A stretch of DNA of 64,000 nt from NCBI RefSeq assembly GCF_030384885.1, contig NZ_CP128613.1. One strand, given 5' to 3'. The translations under genes and the position numbers were made by a program. This DNA comes from Escherichia coli (GTDB taxonomy: Bacteria > Pseudomonadota > Gammaproteobacteria > Enterobacterales > Enterobacteriaceae). Below the pieces are notes generated by a model. That model did not search any database. It was not told where the DNA came from and was given only the letters and a program-made list of their open reading frames with translations. This document shows, piece after piece, positions 35,732 through 48,093 of this stretch; within the stretch, counting starts at the first letter, position 1; every line of letters starts with the position of its first letter.

Positions 35732-36496
35732 ATGAATAACACCCCCAGCTACCCACAGCGCGTTCGCAATGATCTGCGCTTCCGTGAACTGACTGTGTTA
35801 CGCGTTGAGCGTATCAGTGCCGGTTTTCAGCGCATTGTCCTCGGCGGCGAGGCGCTGGACGGTTTTACATCGCGCGGCTTTGACGATCACAGCAAACTCT
35901 TCTTTCCTCAATCTGACGTTCACTTTGTGCCGCCAACGGTAACGGAAGAGGGGATCGTCTGGCCGGAAGGACCACGCCCACCGTCGCGTGACTATACGCC
36001 ACTGTATGACGAACAACGTCATGAACTGGCGATCGATTTCTTTATTCACGACGGCGGAGTCGCCAGCAGCTGGGCAATGCAGGCGCAACCGGGCGATAAA
36101 CTCACGGTGGCAGGTCCGCGCGGTTCGCTGGTGGTGCCGGAAGATTACGCGTATCAGGTGTATGTTTGCGATGAGTCCGGAATGCCGGCACTGCGCCGCC
36201 GCCTGGAAACGTTGAGTAAACTTGCCGTTAAACCGCAAGTTACCGCGCTGGTCAGCGTACAGGATAACGCCTGTCAGGATTATCTCGCGCACCTTGATGG
36301 TTTTAATATCGAATGGTTGGCGCATGATGAGCAGGCGGTAGACGCACGCCTGGCGCAGCTGCAAATCCCTGCCGATGATTACTTCATCTGGATAACCGGC
36401 GAAGGCAAAGTCGTTAAGAATTTAAGCAGCCGCTTTGAAGCGGAACAGTATGACCCACAGCGGGTACGCGCAGCGGCTTACTGGCACGAAAAGTAA
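35732..36496 (+). CDS. yqjH: NADPH-dependent ferric-siderophore reductase YqjH (254 aa)
   Basis: Track ORF MNNTPSYPQRVRNDLRFRELTVLRVERISAGFQRIVLGGEALDGF... belongs to the siderophore-interacting protein family. Confidence 0.93.
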   Translation: MNNTPSYPQRVRNDLRFRELTVLRVERISAGFQRIVLGGEALDGFTSRGFDDHSKLFFPQSDVHFVPPTVTEEGIVWPEGPRPPSRDYTPLYDEQRHELAIDFFIHDGGVASSWAMQAQPGDKLTVAGPRGSLVVPEDYAYQVYVCDESGMPALRRRLETLSKLAVKPQVTALVSVQDNACQDYLAHLDGFNIEWLAHDEQAVDARLAQLQIPADDYFIWITGEGKVVKNLSSRFEAEQYDPQRVRAAAYWHEK

Positions 36497-36514
36497 CTGA
36501 TATATAAAAAGAAA

Positions 36515-36541
36515 AAGGCTGACGATTTCTCGTCAGCCTTT
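36515..36541. terminator. bidirectional terminator shared by yqjH (+) and ileX (-)
   Basis: aaggctgacg-atttct-cgtcagcctt. On the minus strand it is followed by tttttcttttt. Confidence 0.75.
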
Positions 36542-36549
36542 GCTATATC

Positions 36550-36625
36550 TGGTGGCCCCTGCTGGACTTGAACCAGCGACCAAGCGATTATGAGTCGCCT
36601 GCTCTAACCACTGAGCTAAGGGGCC
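36550..36625 (-). tRNA. ileX: tRNA-Ile2 (anticodon CAU, lysidine-modified), 76 nt including CCA
   Basis: The reverse complement is ggccccttagctcagtggttagagcaggcgactCATaatcgcttggtcgctggttcaagtccagcaggggccacca. It folds as a cloverleaf with a CAT anticodon and has a T-loop GGTTCAAGT. Confidence 0.93.
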
Positions 36626-36749
36626 ATGGTAGCGGATTATAAAGTAACTCCGTGTCGCAATCCAGCCATTACCGCTCGCCTGCTGTTTTTATAAACAATG
36701 TATTTTCAATCCGTTATACTTTTCCTGGTGATGTTAGAAAGGAGTAAAT

Positions 36750-37256
36750 ATGGTTGAGGATATTTTGGCTCCAGGGTTACGGGTTGTGTTTTGCGGTATC
36801 AATCCTGGTCTTTCATCCGCCGGAACTGGTTTTCCCTTTGCTCATCCGGCAAATCGCTTCTGGAAGGTGATATATCAGGCTGGGTTTACCGACCGTCAGT
36901 TGAAGCCGCAGGAGGCACAGCATCTGCTGGATTATCGTTGTGGTGTCACCAAACTGGTAGACCGTCCAACGGTGCAAGCCAATGAAGTTTCAAAGCAGGA
37001 GCTGCACGCAGGCGGGCGTAAGCTGATTGAAAAAATTGAGGATTATCAACCACAAGCGTTGGCGATCCTCGGCAAACAGGCTTATGAGCAGGGCTTTAGC
37101 CAGCGCGGCACGCACTGGGGGAAACAAACGCTCACTATTGGTTCGACGCAGATTTGGGTACTGCCAAATCCCAGCGGTTTAAGTCGCGTTTCACTGGAGA
37201 AACTGGTTGAGGCGTATCGGGAACTGGACCAGGCGTTGGTAGTGCGTGGGCGATAA
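36750..37256 (+). CDS. mug: G/U mismatch-specific uracil DNA glycosylase Mug (168 aa)
   Basis: Track [49 protein letters not shown]... Confidence 0.95.
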   Translation: MVEDILAPGLRVVFCGINPGLSSAGTGFPFAHPANRFWKVIYQAGFTDRQLKPQEAQHLLDYRCGVTKLVDRPTVQANEVSKQELHAGGRKLIEKIEDYQPQALAILGKQAYEQGFSQRGTHWGKQTLTIGSTQIWVLPNPSGLSRVSLEKLVEAYRELDQALVVRGR

Positions 37257-37285
37257 AAAACGCCACCGAAAAGGTGGCGTTTGTG
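37255..37285. terminator. bidirectional terminator (rpoD operon end / mug)
   Basis: aaaaaa-cgccacc-gaaaa-ggtggcg-tttgtg. A REP-like element follows at 37297..37331. Confidence 0.8.
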
Positions 37286-37334
37286 CAAAGGGAAAAGTGC
37301 CGGATGTGGCGTAACGCCTGATCCGACCTACCGA

Positions 37335-39176
37335 TTAATCGTCCAGGAAGCTACGCAGCACTTCAGAACGGCTCGGGTGACGCAGTTTACGCAGCGCCTT
37401 CGCTTCGATCTGACGGATACGTTCGCGGGTAACGTCGAACTGTTTACCCACTTCTTCCAGCGTGTGGTCGGTGTTCATGTCGATACCGAAACGCATACGC
37501 AGAACTTTCGCTTCACGCGCGGTCAGGCCAGCCAGCACGTCGTGCGTTGCCGCACGCAGGCTTTCAGTGGTCGCAGAATCCAGCGGCAGCTCGAGGGTGG
37601 TATCCTCGATGAAATCCCCCAGATGCGAATCTTCATCATCACCGATCGGCGTTTCCATGGAGATTGGCTCTTTGGCGATTTTCAGCACTTTGCGGATCTT
37701 GTCTTCCGGCATCAGCATACGTTCAGCCAGTTCTTCCGGCGTCGGCTCGCGGCCCATCTCTTGCAGCATCTGGCGAGAAATACGGTTGAGCTTGTTGATA
37801 GTCTCAATCATATGCACCGGAATACGGATGGTGCGCGCCTGATCCGCGATAGAGCGGGTGATCGCCTGACGGATCCACCAGGTTGCGTAGGTGGAGAACT
37901 TGTAACCACGGCGATATTCGAACTTATCTACCGCTTTCATCAGGCCGATGTTACCTTCCTGAATCAGGTCAAGGAACTGCAAGCCACGGTTGGTGTATTT
38001 CTTGGCGATAGAAATAACCAGACGTAAGTTCGCTTCAACCATCTCTTTCTTCGCACGGCGGGCTTTCGCTTCACCGATGGACATACGACGGTTGATATCT
38101 TTAACCTGCTCGATGGTCAGGCCTGTTTCTTCTTCAATCTGCTGCAGTTTCTGCAGGGCGCGATGCACTTCTTCAGAGACATCGTGCAGTTTTTCCGACC
38201 ACGGCTTGTTCATTGCAATTGCCGCGTTGAACCAGGTATCGCTGGTTTCGTTGCCGGTAAACAGGGTAATGAAGTTTTTCTTCGGCATTTTGCACTGTTC
38301 AACGCAGAGCTTCATGATCAGACGTTCTTGCGTACGAACGCGGTCCATCATGACGCGCATGCTGTTGACCAGGTAGTCAAACTGCTTCGGCACCAGGCGG
38401 AACTGTTTGAATACTTCAGACAGTTTCAGGATCTCTTCCTGAGCGGCAGCGTGACTGCGACCTTTCGCTTTGATGGTGTCACGCGTTACAACGTACTGAG
38501 CGCGCAGTTCCGCAAATTTTTCGCGAGCCAGTTCCGGGTCGATGCTGTTGTCATCATCGGCGCTATCGTCATCGCCATCTTCTTCGTCTTCATCTTCGTC
38601 ATCGTCCAGATCTTCCTGGGAAAGCTCAGAACCGACGTGAGTGGCGGTAGGTGCCAGATCTTCTTCTGCGTTCGGGTCAACAAAGCCGGTGATCAGATCG
38701 GACAGACGCGCTTCTTCTGCTTCAACACGATCGTACTGTTCCAGCAGATAGGTGATCGCTTCCGGATATTCAGCAACGGAGCATTGAACCTGGTTGATCC
38801 CGTCTTCAATGCGCTTAGCGATGTCAATTTCGCCTTCGCGGGTCAACAGTTCAACGGTGCCCATTTCACGCATGTACATGCGTACCGGGTCAGTCGTGCG
38901 CCCGATTTCAGATTCCACGCTGGAAAGCACCTGCGCGGCGGCTTCGGCAGCATCTTCGTCCGCGGTGTTTTCAGCCAGCATCAGATCATCGGCATCCGGT
39001 GCTTCTTCCATCACCTGAATGCCCATGTCGTTGATCATTTGGATGATGTCTTCGATCTGATCTGAATCGACGATATCTTCCGGCAGATGGTCATTGACCT
39101 CGGCATAGGTCAGATAGCCTTGCTCCTTACCACGGGTGACAAGAAGTTTCAGCTGTGACTGCGGGTTTTGCTCCAT
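37335..39176 (-). CDS. rpoD: RNA polymerase sigma-70 RpoD (613 aa)
   Basis: Track [58 protein letters not shown]... Confidence 0.99.
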   Translation of the reverse strand: MEQNPQSQLKLLVTRGKEQGYLTYAEVNDHLPEDIVDSDQIEDIIQMINDMGIQVMEEAPDADDLMLAENTADEDAAEAAAQVLSSVESEIGRTTDPVRMYMREMGTVELLTREGEIDIAKRIEDGINQVQCSVAEYPEAITYLLEQYDRVEAEEARLSDLITGFVDPNAEEDLAPTATHVGSELSQEDLDDDEDEDEEDGDDDSADDDNSIDPELAREKFAELRAQYVVTRDTIKAKGRSHAAAQEEILKLSEVFKQFRLVPKQFDYLVNSMRVMMDRVRTQERLIMKLCVEQCKMPKKNFITLFTGNETSDTWFNAAIAMNKPWSEKLHDVSEEVHRALQKLQQIEEETGLTIEQVKDINRRMSIGEAKARRAKKEMVEANLRLVISIAKKYTNRGLQFLDLIQEGNIGLMKAVDKFEYRRGYKFSTYATWWIRQAITRSIADQARTIRIPVHMIETINKLNRISRQMLQEMGREPTPEELAERMLMPEDKIRKVLKIAKEPISMETPIGDDEDSHLGDFIEDTTLELPLDSATTESLRAATHDVLAGLTAREAKVLRMRFGIDMNTDHTLEEVGKQFDVTRERIRQIEAKALRKLRHPSRSEVLRSFLDD

Positions 39177-39370
39177 AAGACGGTATCCACACTTATTTCA
39201 TGAGGTTGGTGTTGGGCGATTGACCCGCTGTCCTTCAGCCGTTAACGCTGAAATCCAACGGTTATTTACCGCCAACGATAATTACGAGGGCGTACTTATA
39301 TATTTGCCGCTGCCTCTCAGTGCGGCTGTCGGGGGCTTCCCGATCGCTCTTCGGCACTTAAGCCGTTAAA

Positions 39371-41116
39371 TTACTTTTTCGCCAGCTCTTGGTTTAATGT
39401 CCAGAGCTCCAGGCGTTCTTCGTTGCTTAAACCATGCGTGCGCTCACGAGCGATTAACTCTTCCTGGCGCAGTTCAAGCAGCGAATCAAACATATGGTTG
39501 AGTGAGTCGGTGAAGGTTTGCTCAGCAATATTCCTATCTGCTATATCGTCCCACATCGACAGTTTTTCAAGGGTGGCAGCATTATTTGTACCACGATAGT
39601 GCTCTAAAAGTTGCCCGGTGGTCAGACCTGGCTGAGAGAGACAAGTGTTGACCAGTTCTCTGAATAAGCCAAGTCCAGGGAGCTTATTTTCATCCAGATT
39701 CTCAAGCGGCGGGACCAACGTCGCTAATTCTGGATTTTGCACCAGCAACCCTATAAGTATACGCATGGTCGTGCGTTTTAGCTGTGGAACAGGGCGAGAA
39801 ACGCTGCTCTCCGCCGCTTTTGGCATTAATCGTTCAAGCTGGCTGTCATCAAGTATGCCTAATTTGTTGCCTAATTCCTGACGAAGATATATTCGCAGCG
39901 TTTCGCCCGGCACCTGCGATATCAATGGCAGTGCCAGCGTACTCAAACGTGCGCGCCCGTCAGGGGTACTCAGATCAACTTGCGGCATCAGACTGTTAAA
40001 CAGAAAAGCGGAGAGCGGCATCGCCTGCTCCATCCGCGCTTCAAACGCTTCTTTACCTTCTTTGCGCACCAGCGTGTCAGGGTCTTCGCCATCAGGCAAA
40101 AACATAAAACGTAGCTGCCGTCCGTCTGTCATGTAAGGCAACGCCGTTTCCAACGCTCGCCAGGCAGCATCGCGACCTGCACGGTCGCCGTCATAACAGC
40201 AAATGACATTGTTGGTCGCGCGGAACAACAACTGAATGTGATCGGCAGTGGTTGACGTGCCTAACGACGCGACAGCGTAATTAATGCCGTATTGCGCCAG
40301 CGCCACCACGTCCATATAGCCTTCGACCACAAGCAGACGATTGGGTTCAGCGTTATCCTGCTGCGCCTCATAAAGACCGTATAGCTGGCGGCCTTTATGG
40401 AAAATATCGGTTTCCGGCGAGTTCAGGTATTTGGGGGTATCGTTGCCCAGCACGCGCCCGCCAAAACCAATTACCCGACCGCGTTTATCGCGAATGGGGA
40501 ACATCACCCGCTCGCGGAAACGATCGTAACTACGCCCCTGATCGTTGGTGACCAACATGCCCGCATCAATCAATGACTGACGATTTTCTGGATTACCGCC
40601 AAACCGTTTCAGGACGTTGTCCCAGCCGGGGGGCGCAAAACCAATCGCAAAGCGGGCGATAACCTCGTGGCTTAGTCCGCGTTTTTCCAGATACTGGCGC
40701 GCAGACGTGGCAACAGGTTGCTGTAAAGATTGTTGGTAAAACGTATTCAGACCGTCCATCAACTGATAAAGCGTTTGCCGTTGATGGCGTTCGATCTGAC
40801 TGGGGCCGCTGCCTGCTTCAAATGGCACTTCAAGATTGTGCATTGCCGCCAGCTCTTCGACCGTTTCGACGAACTCGAGCTTGTCATAGTTCATCAGGAA
40901 GTCGATCGCGTTGCCGTGCGCGCCACATCCAAAGCAGTGGTAAAACTGTTTCTCACCGTTAACGGTGAATGACGGGGTTTTCTCGTTGTGGAATGGACAA
41001 CACGCGTGAAAATTCTTGCCCTGCTTTTTCAGCTTTACACGGGCATCGATCAGATCGACGATGTCAGTGCGTGCCAGCAGATCATTAATGAATACGCGTG
41101 GGATTCGTCCAGCCAT
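39371..41116 (-). CDS. dnaG: DNA primase DnaG (581 aa)
   Basis: Track ORF MAGRIPRVFINDLLARTDIVDLIDARVKLKKQGKNFHACCPFHNEKTPSF... Confidence 0.99.
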   Translation of the reverse strand: MAGRIPRVFINDLLARTDIVDLIDARVKLKKQGKNFHACCPFHNEKTPSFTVNGEKQFYHCFGCGAHGNAIDFLMNYDKLEFVETVEELAAMHNLEVPFEAGSGPSQIERHQRQTLYQLMDGLNTFYQQSLQQPVATSARQYLEKRGLSHEVIARFAIGFAPPGWDNVLKRFGGNPENRQSLIDAGMLVTNDQGRSYDRFRERVMFPIRDKRGRVIGFGGRVLGNDTPKYLNSPETDIFHKGRQLYGLYEAQQDNAEPNRLLVVEGYMDVVALAQYGINYAVASLGTSTTADHIQLLFRATNNVICCYDGDRAGRDAAWRALETALPYMTDGRQLRFMFLPDGEDPDTLVRKEGKEAFEARMEQAMPLSAFLFNSLMPQVDLSTPDGRARLSTLALPLISQVPGETLRIYLRQELGNKLGILDDSQLERLMPKAAESSVSRPVPQLKRTTMRILIGLLVQNPELATLVPPLENLDENKLPGLGLFRELVNTCLSQPGLTTGQLLEHYRGTNNAATLEKLSMWDDIADRNIAEQTFTDSLNHMFDSLLELRQEELIARERTHGLSNEERLELWTLNQELAKK

Positions 41117-41226
41117 AGGCCCCGATTTTTAGCAATTCATAAACGAAAATAAGCCGCGCATTCCTTTCGGAAGCACGGCCTTACAACTACAACTCGGTCT
41201 GATCGGAGAGCAACGCTCTCGGGGAA

Positions 41227-41481
<255 letters not shown>

Positions 41482-41679
41482 TCAACGCCAGCTTATTTCA
41501 AAATGGTGCGGAATTTTACTGCAATTGCTGCTGCTTTGTAAAGCACCGCGGCCTTTTTTGAAAGGGACTTTTATAAGGGTGAGGAGTATACACGAGGCTT
41601 TCTCCAGGGGCGAACAAAGTTTTACATCAACCCGCATTGGTCCTACACTGCGCGGTAATAAAGCGAGGTAAAACAAGTC

Positions 41680-42693
41680 ATGCGTGTACTGGGTATTGAA
41701 ACTTCCTGCGATGAAACCGGCATCGCCATTTACGACGATGAAAAAGGTTTGTTAGCCAACCAATTGTATAGTCAGGTGAAATTGCACGCTGACTACGGCG
41801 GCGTCGTGCCTGAACTGGCCTCCCGCGATCACGTGCGTAAAACCGTACCGTTGATCCAGGCGGCGCTGAAAGAGTCCGGTTTAACGGCAAAAGACATTGA
41901 CGCCGTGGCCTATACTGCAGGCCCTGGATTAGTCGGTGCGCTGTTGGTTGGCGCAACGGTCGGGCGTTCGCTGGCATTTGCCTGGGGCGCTCCGGCGATC
42001 CCGGTACACCATATGGAAGGGCATCTGTTAGCGCCGATGCTGGAAGATAACCCACCGGAATTTCCGTTTGTCGCGCTGCTGGTTTCCGGCGGTCATACGC
42101 AGTTAATCAGCGTGACTGGCATTGGTCAGTACGAGCTGCTCGGCGAGTCTATCGATGATGCCGCCGGGGAAGCGTTTGATAAAACCGCGAAGCTGCTGGG
42201 GCTGGATTATCCTGGCGGGCCATTACTGTCGAAAATGGCGGCTCAGGGTACTGCCGGGCGCTTTGTCTTCCCGCGTCCGATGACCGACCGTCCGGGGCTG
42301 GATTTCAGCTTTTCTGGTCTGAAAACCTTCGCGGCAAATACCATTCGTGATAACGGCACCGACGACCAGACGCGTGCTGATATCGCCCGCGCCTTTGAAG
42401 ATGCGGTGGTCGATACGTTGATGATTAAGTGTAAGCGAGCGCTGGATCAGACAGGCTTTAAGCGACTGGTAATGGCAGGCGGCGTGAGTGCTAACCGCAC
42501 GTTACGGGCGAAGCTGGCTGAAATGATGAAAAAACGCCGTGGCGAAGTGTTCTACGCGCGTCCGGAATTTTGTACTGATAACGGCGCGATGATCGCCTAT
42601 GCCGGAATGGTGCGGTTTAAAGCAGGCGCGACGGCGGATCTCGGCGTTAGCGTGCGTCCGCGCTGGCCGCTGGCAGAGTTACCGGCCGCGTAA
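41680..42693 (+). CDS. tsaD: tRNA N6-adenosine threonylcarbamoyltransferase TsaD (337 aa)
   Basis: Track [54 protein letters not shown]... Confidence 0.98.
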   Translation: MRVLGIETSCDETGIAIYDDEKGLLANQLYSQVKLHADYGGVVPELASRDHVRKTVPLIQAALKESGLTAKDIDAVAYTAGPGLVGALLVGATVGRSLAFAWGAPAIPVHHMEGHLLAPMLEDNPPEFPFVALLVSGGHTQLISVTGIGQYELLGESIDDAAGEAFDKTAKLLGLDYPGGPLLSKMAAQGTAGRFVFPRPMTDRPGLDFSFSGLKTFAANTIRDNGTDDQTRADIARAFEDAVVDTLMIKCKRALDQTGFKRLVMAGGVSANRTLRAKLAEMMKKRRGEVFYARPEFCTDNGAMIAYAGMVRFKAGATADLGVSVRPRWPLAELPAA

Positions 42694-42735
42694 AACTATT
42701 AGGTGCCGGAGAGTCACTTCCGGCACCGTCCTCAC

Positions 42736-44199
42736 TTAAAGCAACACCACGGGCATCCACAGTAAGCCGGTAATCACCAGCAACACGAGGAATATCAGCC
42801 CAAAAATTGCACCCAGTCGCCAGTAATCCACCGTTGGCAGATAACCACTACCGTAGTAAATCGGACTGGGTCCGGTGGCGTATGGTGTAAGAATGCTCCC
42901 CAGACCAATGGCCGCGCCAACCATCAGGCAGAACACGGGAAGCGGGATTTCCGGCATCGCCAGCGCGGCGGCAATCATCATCGGCGCGAGAGCGGAGGTA
43001 TACGCCGTGGCGCTGGCAAAGAAGTAGCGTAGCAGATAAAAGACCACAATCAACGCCACCATCACCATCGTTGGCGAATAACCGCTTAAGCTGCCTGCTA
43101 ACAGTTTGCCAAACCAGCTAATAAAACCGGTGTTGTTGAGTCCGGTAGCGAGGGTGATAAGCGAGGCCAGCCAGAAGAAAACGTTCCACGCCGCTTTATT
43201 ACTGACAATATCGTCCCAGCAGATAATGCGCAGAAGCAGCATCAGTGCCACCACGCTGTAACCGACCATCGCGGCATCGATATAATCACCGCCGAAAATC
43301 CACAGCATCAGTGCGCCTACCATCAGCCCCAGCATCCGTTTTTCACGAGAACAGAGCGGGCCCATTGCGTGCAGTTCCGTCTCTGCCCAGCGCGGCACCT
43401 GATCACCAGACTTCAGTACCGGCGAGTACAGCACGTAAGCCAGCCAGGGAACCAGCAGAACCAGTAAAATGCTGAGCGGCAACATGCCGAGAAACCAGTC
43501 GCCCCAACTCAGCGTGGCGTGAGATGCGCTTTTCATCAGTCCAATTAACAGCAAGTTTGGTGCCATCGCCGTCAGGAAAATGGCGCTGGTCACGCAGTCG
43601 GCAACAATCCCCATCCACATGATGTACGAGCCAATGCTGCGCGAACTGCTGTCGTTTGGTTGTGATTGATAGAGCGGTGGCAGGTTACGGATGATGGGAT
43701 AGATAATCCCCGCACCGCGCGCCGAGTTGGACGGTGTTACAGGTGCCAGGATCAGCTCGGAGAACATCACCGCATAGCCGAGAAACAGCGTACGATGCCC
43801 CATTTTTTTCACCAGAATCAGCGCGATACGTCGCCCCAGCCCGGTTTTTTCATAGCCTGTGCCAAACATAAAGGCGGCGAAAATCAGCCAGATAACCGAA
43901 TTAGAAAAACCAGAAACCGCCCAGGAGAGGGATTTGGCGGTGAACTTAAAACCTGGCTGGGCGAGCTGCTCCGGGCTAAACAGCAGCCACGGCGAGAGAA
44001 TGGCGATAATGGAGATACCCACCATCGCCACCACGGCACCCGGCACGGGTTCGAGGATCAGTCCAACGATCACGCCAGTAAAAACGGCAAAGTAGAGCCA
44101 GGTATGACTCTCCAGCCCTGCGGGAACCGGAATTAGAGCAATAATGGCGATGACCGCCAGCGGCGCAAGGTATCGCCACCATTCAGTGGAAGGTTTCAT
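42736..44199 (-). CDS. ttdT: L-tartrate/succinate antiporter TtdT (DASS family, 487 aa)
   Basis: Track ORF MKPSTEWWRYLAPLAVIAIIALIPVPAGLESHTWLYF... Confidence 0.93.
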   Translation of the reverse strand: MKPSTEWWRYLAPLAVIAIIALIPVPAGLESHTWLYFAVFTGVIVGLILEPVPGAVVAMVGISIIAILSPWLLFSPEQLAQPGFKFTAKSLSWAVSGFSNSVIWLIFAAFMFGTGYEKTGLGRRIALILVKKMGHRTLFLGYAVMFSELILAPVTPSNSARGAGIIYPIIRNLPPLYQSQPNDSSSRSIGSYIMWMGIVADCVTSAIFLTAMAPNLLLIGLMKSASHATLSWGDWFLGMLPLSILLVLLVPWLAYVLYSPVLKSGDQVPRWAETELHAMGPLCSREKRMLGLMVGALMLWIFGGDYIDAAMVGYSVVALMLLLRIICWDDIVSNKAAWNVFFWLASLITLATGLNNTGFISWFGKLLAGSLSGYSPTMVMVALIVVFYLLRYFFASATAYTSALAPMMIAAALAMPEIPLPVFCLMVGAAIGLGSILTPYATGPSPIYYGSGYLPTVDYWRLGAIFGLIFLVLLVITGLLWMPVVLL

Positions 44200-44247
44200 C
44201 GTGTTATGCCTGCGAAAAAGGAGAGGGGGTGAGCCTCTCCGGGAGGG

Positions 44248-44853
44248 TTATTTGATGTAGTGGACGTGCTCGCAAATCTCTTCCACGATGGGATCGCGGC
44301 GTTCGGCGAACAGCTTTTTGTTTTCGGCTATCAGGTTGTTGCCGTGGGTATCAATAGAGACAATCAGCGGACCGAACTCTTTGACCCGGCAGACCCACAG
44401 CGACTCCGGCATCCCGAGTTCTGTCCAGTGCACCTCTTCAATCTCTTCCACCTGGGTTGCCGCCAGTACTGCGCAGCCTGCCGGGAAAATCACATGCAGC
44501 GCCTTGAATTTCTGGCAGCCTTCTTCGGTCAGCGGCCCCATTCCGCCTTTGCCGACCACCAGTTTCACGCCGGTCTGTTCGATAAATTCACGTTCAAAAC
44601 TTTCCATACGCATACTGGTTGTCGGGCCGACGGATACCATCTCCCATTTGTCGCCGTTTTTGCGCACGATGGGGCCAGCGTGGAAAATCGCTTTGCCGTT
44701 GAGATCGTAAGGGATCGGACGTTTGAGTTCGATCAAGCGACGGTGACAAACGTCACGGCAGGTTACCAGCGTACCGGTCAGGTAGATCACATCGCCGACG
44801 CGAATATCTTGCAGATCTTCAGCTTTGATCGGGGTTGTCAGGATCTTTTTCAT
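44248..44853 (-). CDS. ttdB: L(+)-tartrate dehydratase beta subunit TtdB (201 aa)
   Basis: Track [45 protein letters not shown]... overlaps ttdA by 4 nt. Confidence 0.95.
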
Positions 44854-45761
44854 AACGCGCTCCGGGTGTGAGACAGATTTTCAAAGGTGAGATCGGCATG
44901 AACCAGCAGTGTGCCGCGACGATGCGCCCAGCAGCCGGTAGAAACAGCAACGCCGATGGTTGACGGATGGCGGGCGGCAGATTCGATATGTACGCCCATC
45001 ACTGAACTGTTGCCAGTCAGCCCCTGTGGACCAATCCCCAGACGGTTGAGTCCTTCTTCCAGGCGTAGTTCCAGCTCTGCCGCTTTTGGATTGGGATGGC
45101 GGCTGCCAATCGGGCGCAAAATGGCTTTACGTGAGAGCACAGCGGCGGTTTCCACCGAGGTGGCGATGCCCACGCCTACCAGTACCGGTGGACAGGCGTT
45201 TACGGCGAGGGTGGAGATATTTTCGAAGACGAATTTCACTACGCCTTCGTAGCCTTCCGACGGCATTAACACTTTCGAACGACCAGGCAACGTGCAGCCG
45301 CCGCCTGCCATGTAAACTTCGATTTCCGCATCGTCACCGTCGGGGACGATATCCCAGGTGACCCACGGTACGCCGCTGCCGGTATTTTTGCCGGTGTTCA
45401 CTTCGTCAAAAATTTCTACCGCATTGTGACGCAGTGGCGCTTTGACGGTTGCCTCTTCCACGGCTTGCTTAAGAATGCTTTGCAGCTCGCCAAGCAGTGG
45501 GAAACGGGAACCAACCTTAACAAAAAACATGATTTCGCCGGTGTCCTGACAGGCAGGACGATTCAGGTCGATTGCTTTTTGCATGTTGTCGAACATCGTG
45601 TGGTAGATGATTTTCCCCATCGACGACGTTTCGGCATCCTTTAGCTGTTTTAGTTTGTCCACCACGTCATCGGGCATTCGGGTAGAAATCATGGCGGTAA
45701 AGTTAGCGACAATCTCCGTCAACTTATTCACTGCCTGTTGCTTATTACTTTCGCTCATCAT
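44850..45761 (-). CDS. ttdA: L(+)-tartrate dehydratase alpha subunit TtdA (303 aa)
   Basis: Track [53 protein letters not shown]... Confidence 0.95.
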
Positions 45762-45967
45762 GGCAACTCCAGTTTATGTATTTGTCTGGAAAAATTCACC
45801 GCCACAAACTACCACTAAAAATGTGGTTTTATATTTTTTGCCGCCGTGAATATGTAATTCACAGTTCGTGAATCAACGCGAAAATAAGAATGAATATTGC
45901 GCCAGAGCAGGGAATGGCAATGTTTTGCGAAATACACTGCGCTTATCACAACTGCGGATAATTAACG

Positions 45968-46900
45968 ATGCTGAATAGCTGGCCTTTAGCCAAAGATTTG
46001 CAGGTACTGGTAGAAATCGTCCACAGCGGGAGTTTTAGTGCTGCAGCGGCGACGCTTGGGCAAACGCCTGCATTTGTCACCAAGCGGATCCAAATCCTTG
46101 AAAATACGCTGGCAACAACGCTGCTGAACCGCTCCGCCCGCGGCGTGGCGCTGACTGAAAGTGGCCAACGTTGTTACGAGCATGCGCTGGAAATCCTCAC
46201 CCAATATCAGCGACTGGTCGATGACGTCACGCAAATCAAAACGCGCCCGGAGGGGATGATTCGTATTGGCTGTAGTTTTGGTTTTGGGCGCAGCCATATT
46301 GCGCCAGCTATTACCGAACTGATGCGCAATTATCCTGAGTTACAGGTGCATTTTGAATTGTTCGATCGGCAAATTGATTTAGTGCAGGATAATATTGATC
46401 TGGATATTCGTATTAATGACGAAATTCCTGATTATTATATTGCGCATCTTTTGACAAAAAATAAACGAATATTATGTGCAGCACCTGAGTATCTGCAAAA
46501 ATATCCGCAGCCACTATCCTTGCAGGAATTAAGTCGTCATGACTGTCTTGTGACCAAAGAGCGTGATATGACCCACGGAATATGGGAGTTGGGGAACGGT
46601 CAGGAGAAAAAATCGGTGAAGGTAAGCGGGCACCTTTCCTCCAATAGCGGCGAGATTGTGCTGCAATGGGCGCTGGAAGGAAAAGGAATTATGCTGCGTT
46701 CTGAGTGGGATGTTTTACCGTTTCTGGAGAGTGGCAAACTGGTGCGAGTATTGCCGGAGTATGCACAAAGCGCCAATATCTGGGCTGTTTACCGGGAGCC
46801 GCTCTATCGCAGCATGAAATTACGTGTCTGCGTGGAATTTCTGGCGGCATGGTGCCAGCAGCGGCTAGGCAAGCCCGACGAAGGCTATCAGGTTATGTAG
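45968..46900 (+). CDS. ttdR: LysR-family activator of ttdABT, TtdR (310 aa)
   Basis: Track [48 protein letters not shown]... is divergent from ttdA. Confidence 0.93.
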   Translation: MLNSWPLAKDLQVLVEIVHSGSFSAAAATLGQTPAFVTKRIQILENTLATTLLNRSARGVALTESGQRCYEHALEILTQYQRLVDDVTQIKTRPEGMIRIGCSFGFGRSHIAPAITELMRNYPELQVHFELFDRQIDLVQDNIDLDIRINDEIPDYYIAHLLTKNKRILCAAPEYLQKYPQPLSLQELSRHDCLVTKERDMTHGIWELGNGQEKKSVKVSGHLSSNSGEIVLQWALEGKGIMLRSEWDVLPFLESGKLVRVLPEYAQSANIWAVYREPLYRSMKLRVCVEFLAAWCQQRLGKPDEGYQVM

Positions 46901-46912
46901 ACTCGCGAAAAA

Positions 46913-47530
46913 TCACTCAGGATCCTTTTCGCGCTTTCTTTTGAATTTCGTCCAGATTTTTGTCTCCTGACGACGCCACAGACGCTGGATGTTGTCATGA
47001 TGGCGCAGCAGGATCAGGCATGAGAGCATCGAAACCGGGAAGGTGAATTGTGGCTTAAACCACCAGACGTAAAATGGAGCAATCAGTGCGCTGACAATCG
47101 CTCCCAGCGACGAGTATCCGCTCAATAGCACGGTCAGTAACCAGGTTCCCGCCATTACTCCGGTGAGATCCCAGCCAATTGGTGCGATGGCACCAAAAGC
47201 GGTAGCAACGCCTTTTCCTCCTTTAAAACCGAAGAAAACGGGCCAGATGTGTCCAAGGCAGGCGGCGATGGCAATTAAGCCTAGCCAGAAGGGGCTGACA
47301 CCTAATTCATACGCGCCCCAGACGGGCAACATTCCTTTCAGAACGTCGAAAATCAGTACTGCTACGGCTGCTCCCTTGCCACCGATACGTAACACATTGG
47401 TTGCGCCAGGATTACCGGAGCCGCTGGTTCGCGGATCGGGCAGCCCACACAAGCGGCAAACCAGAATGGCACTGGAAATGGAGCCGCAGAGGTACGCGAT
47501 GAGGATCATTCCAGGCGCGATTGCACTCAT
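46913..47530 (-). CDS. plsY: acyl-phosphate:glycerol-3-phosphate acyltransferase PlsY (205 aa)
   Basis: Track [54 protein letters not shown]... Confidence 0.96.
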
Positions 47531-47634
47531 AAGCTGTTCCGTTTTGAAAATTCGTGTTCAACGATGAATCTGTGGATAATACGCACATTTCGCCGGAAGT
47601 GGTATCCGGTTAGCCAAAAAGCAGGCAGGACGTG

Positions 47635-48003
47635 ATGGATATTGTATTTATAGAGCAACTTTCGGTAATCACCACTATTGGTGTTTACGACTGGGAACAG
47701 ACCATCGAACAGAAGTTAGTGTTCGATATCGAAATGGCGTGGGATAACCGTAAAGCGGCGAAAAGTGATGATGTGGCGGATTGCCTCAGTTACGCTGACA
47801 TTGCAGAAACGGTAGTCAGCCACGTCGAGGGCGCGCGTTTTGCGCTGGTGGAACGTGTGGCGGAAGAGGTGGCGGAGCTGCTGTTAGCACGCTTCAACTC
47901 GCCGTGGGTGCGTATCAAACTCAGCAAGCCAGGCGCAGTGGCGCGGGCGGCGAATGTTGGCGTCATCATTGAGCGTGGCAATAATCTGAAAGAAAATAAT
48001 TAA
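47635..48003 (+). CDS. folB: dihydroneopterin aldolase FolB (122 aa)
   Basis: ATG at 47635 (MDIVFIEQLSVITTIGVYDWEQTIEQKLVFDIEMAWD...). The track begins one codon earlier, at a GTG. Confidence 0.95.
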   Translation: MDIVFIEQLSVITTIGVYDWEQTIEQKLVFDIEMAWDNRKAAKSDDVADCLSYADIAETVVSHVEGARFALVERVAEEVAELLLARFNSPWVRIKLSKPGAVARAANVGVIIERGNNLKENN

Positions 48004-48093
48004 TTTTACAGCTGTTAAACCAAACGGTTATAACCTGGTCATACTGCAGTAGTTTGGACAAGCGTTACATTTTTATAATTTAGGGGTTTATTG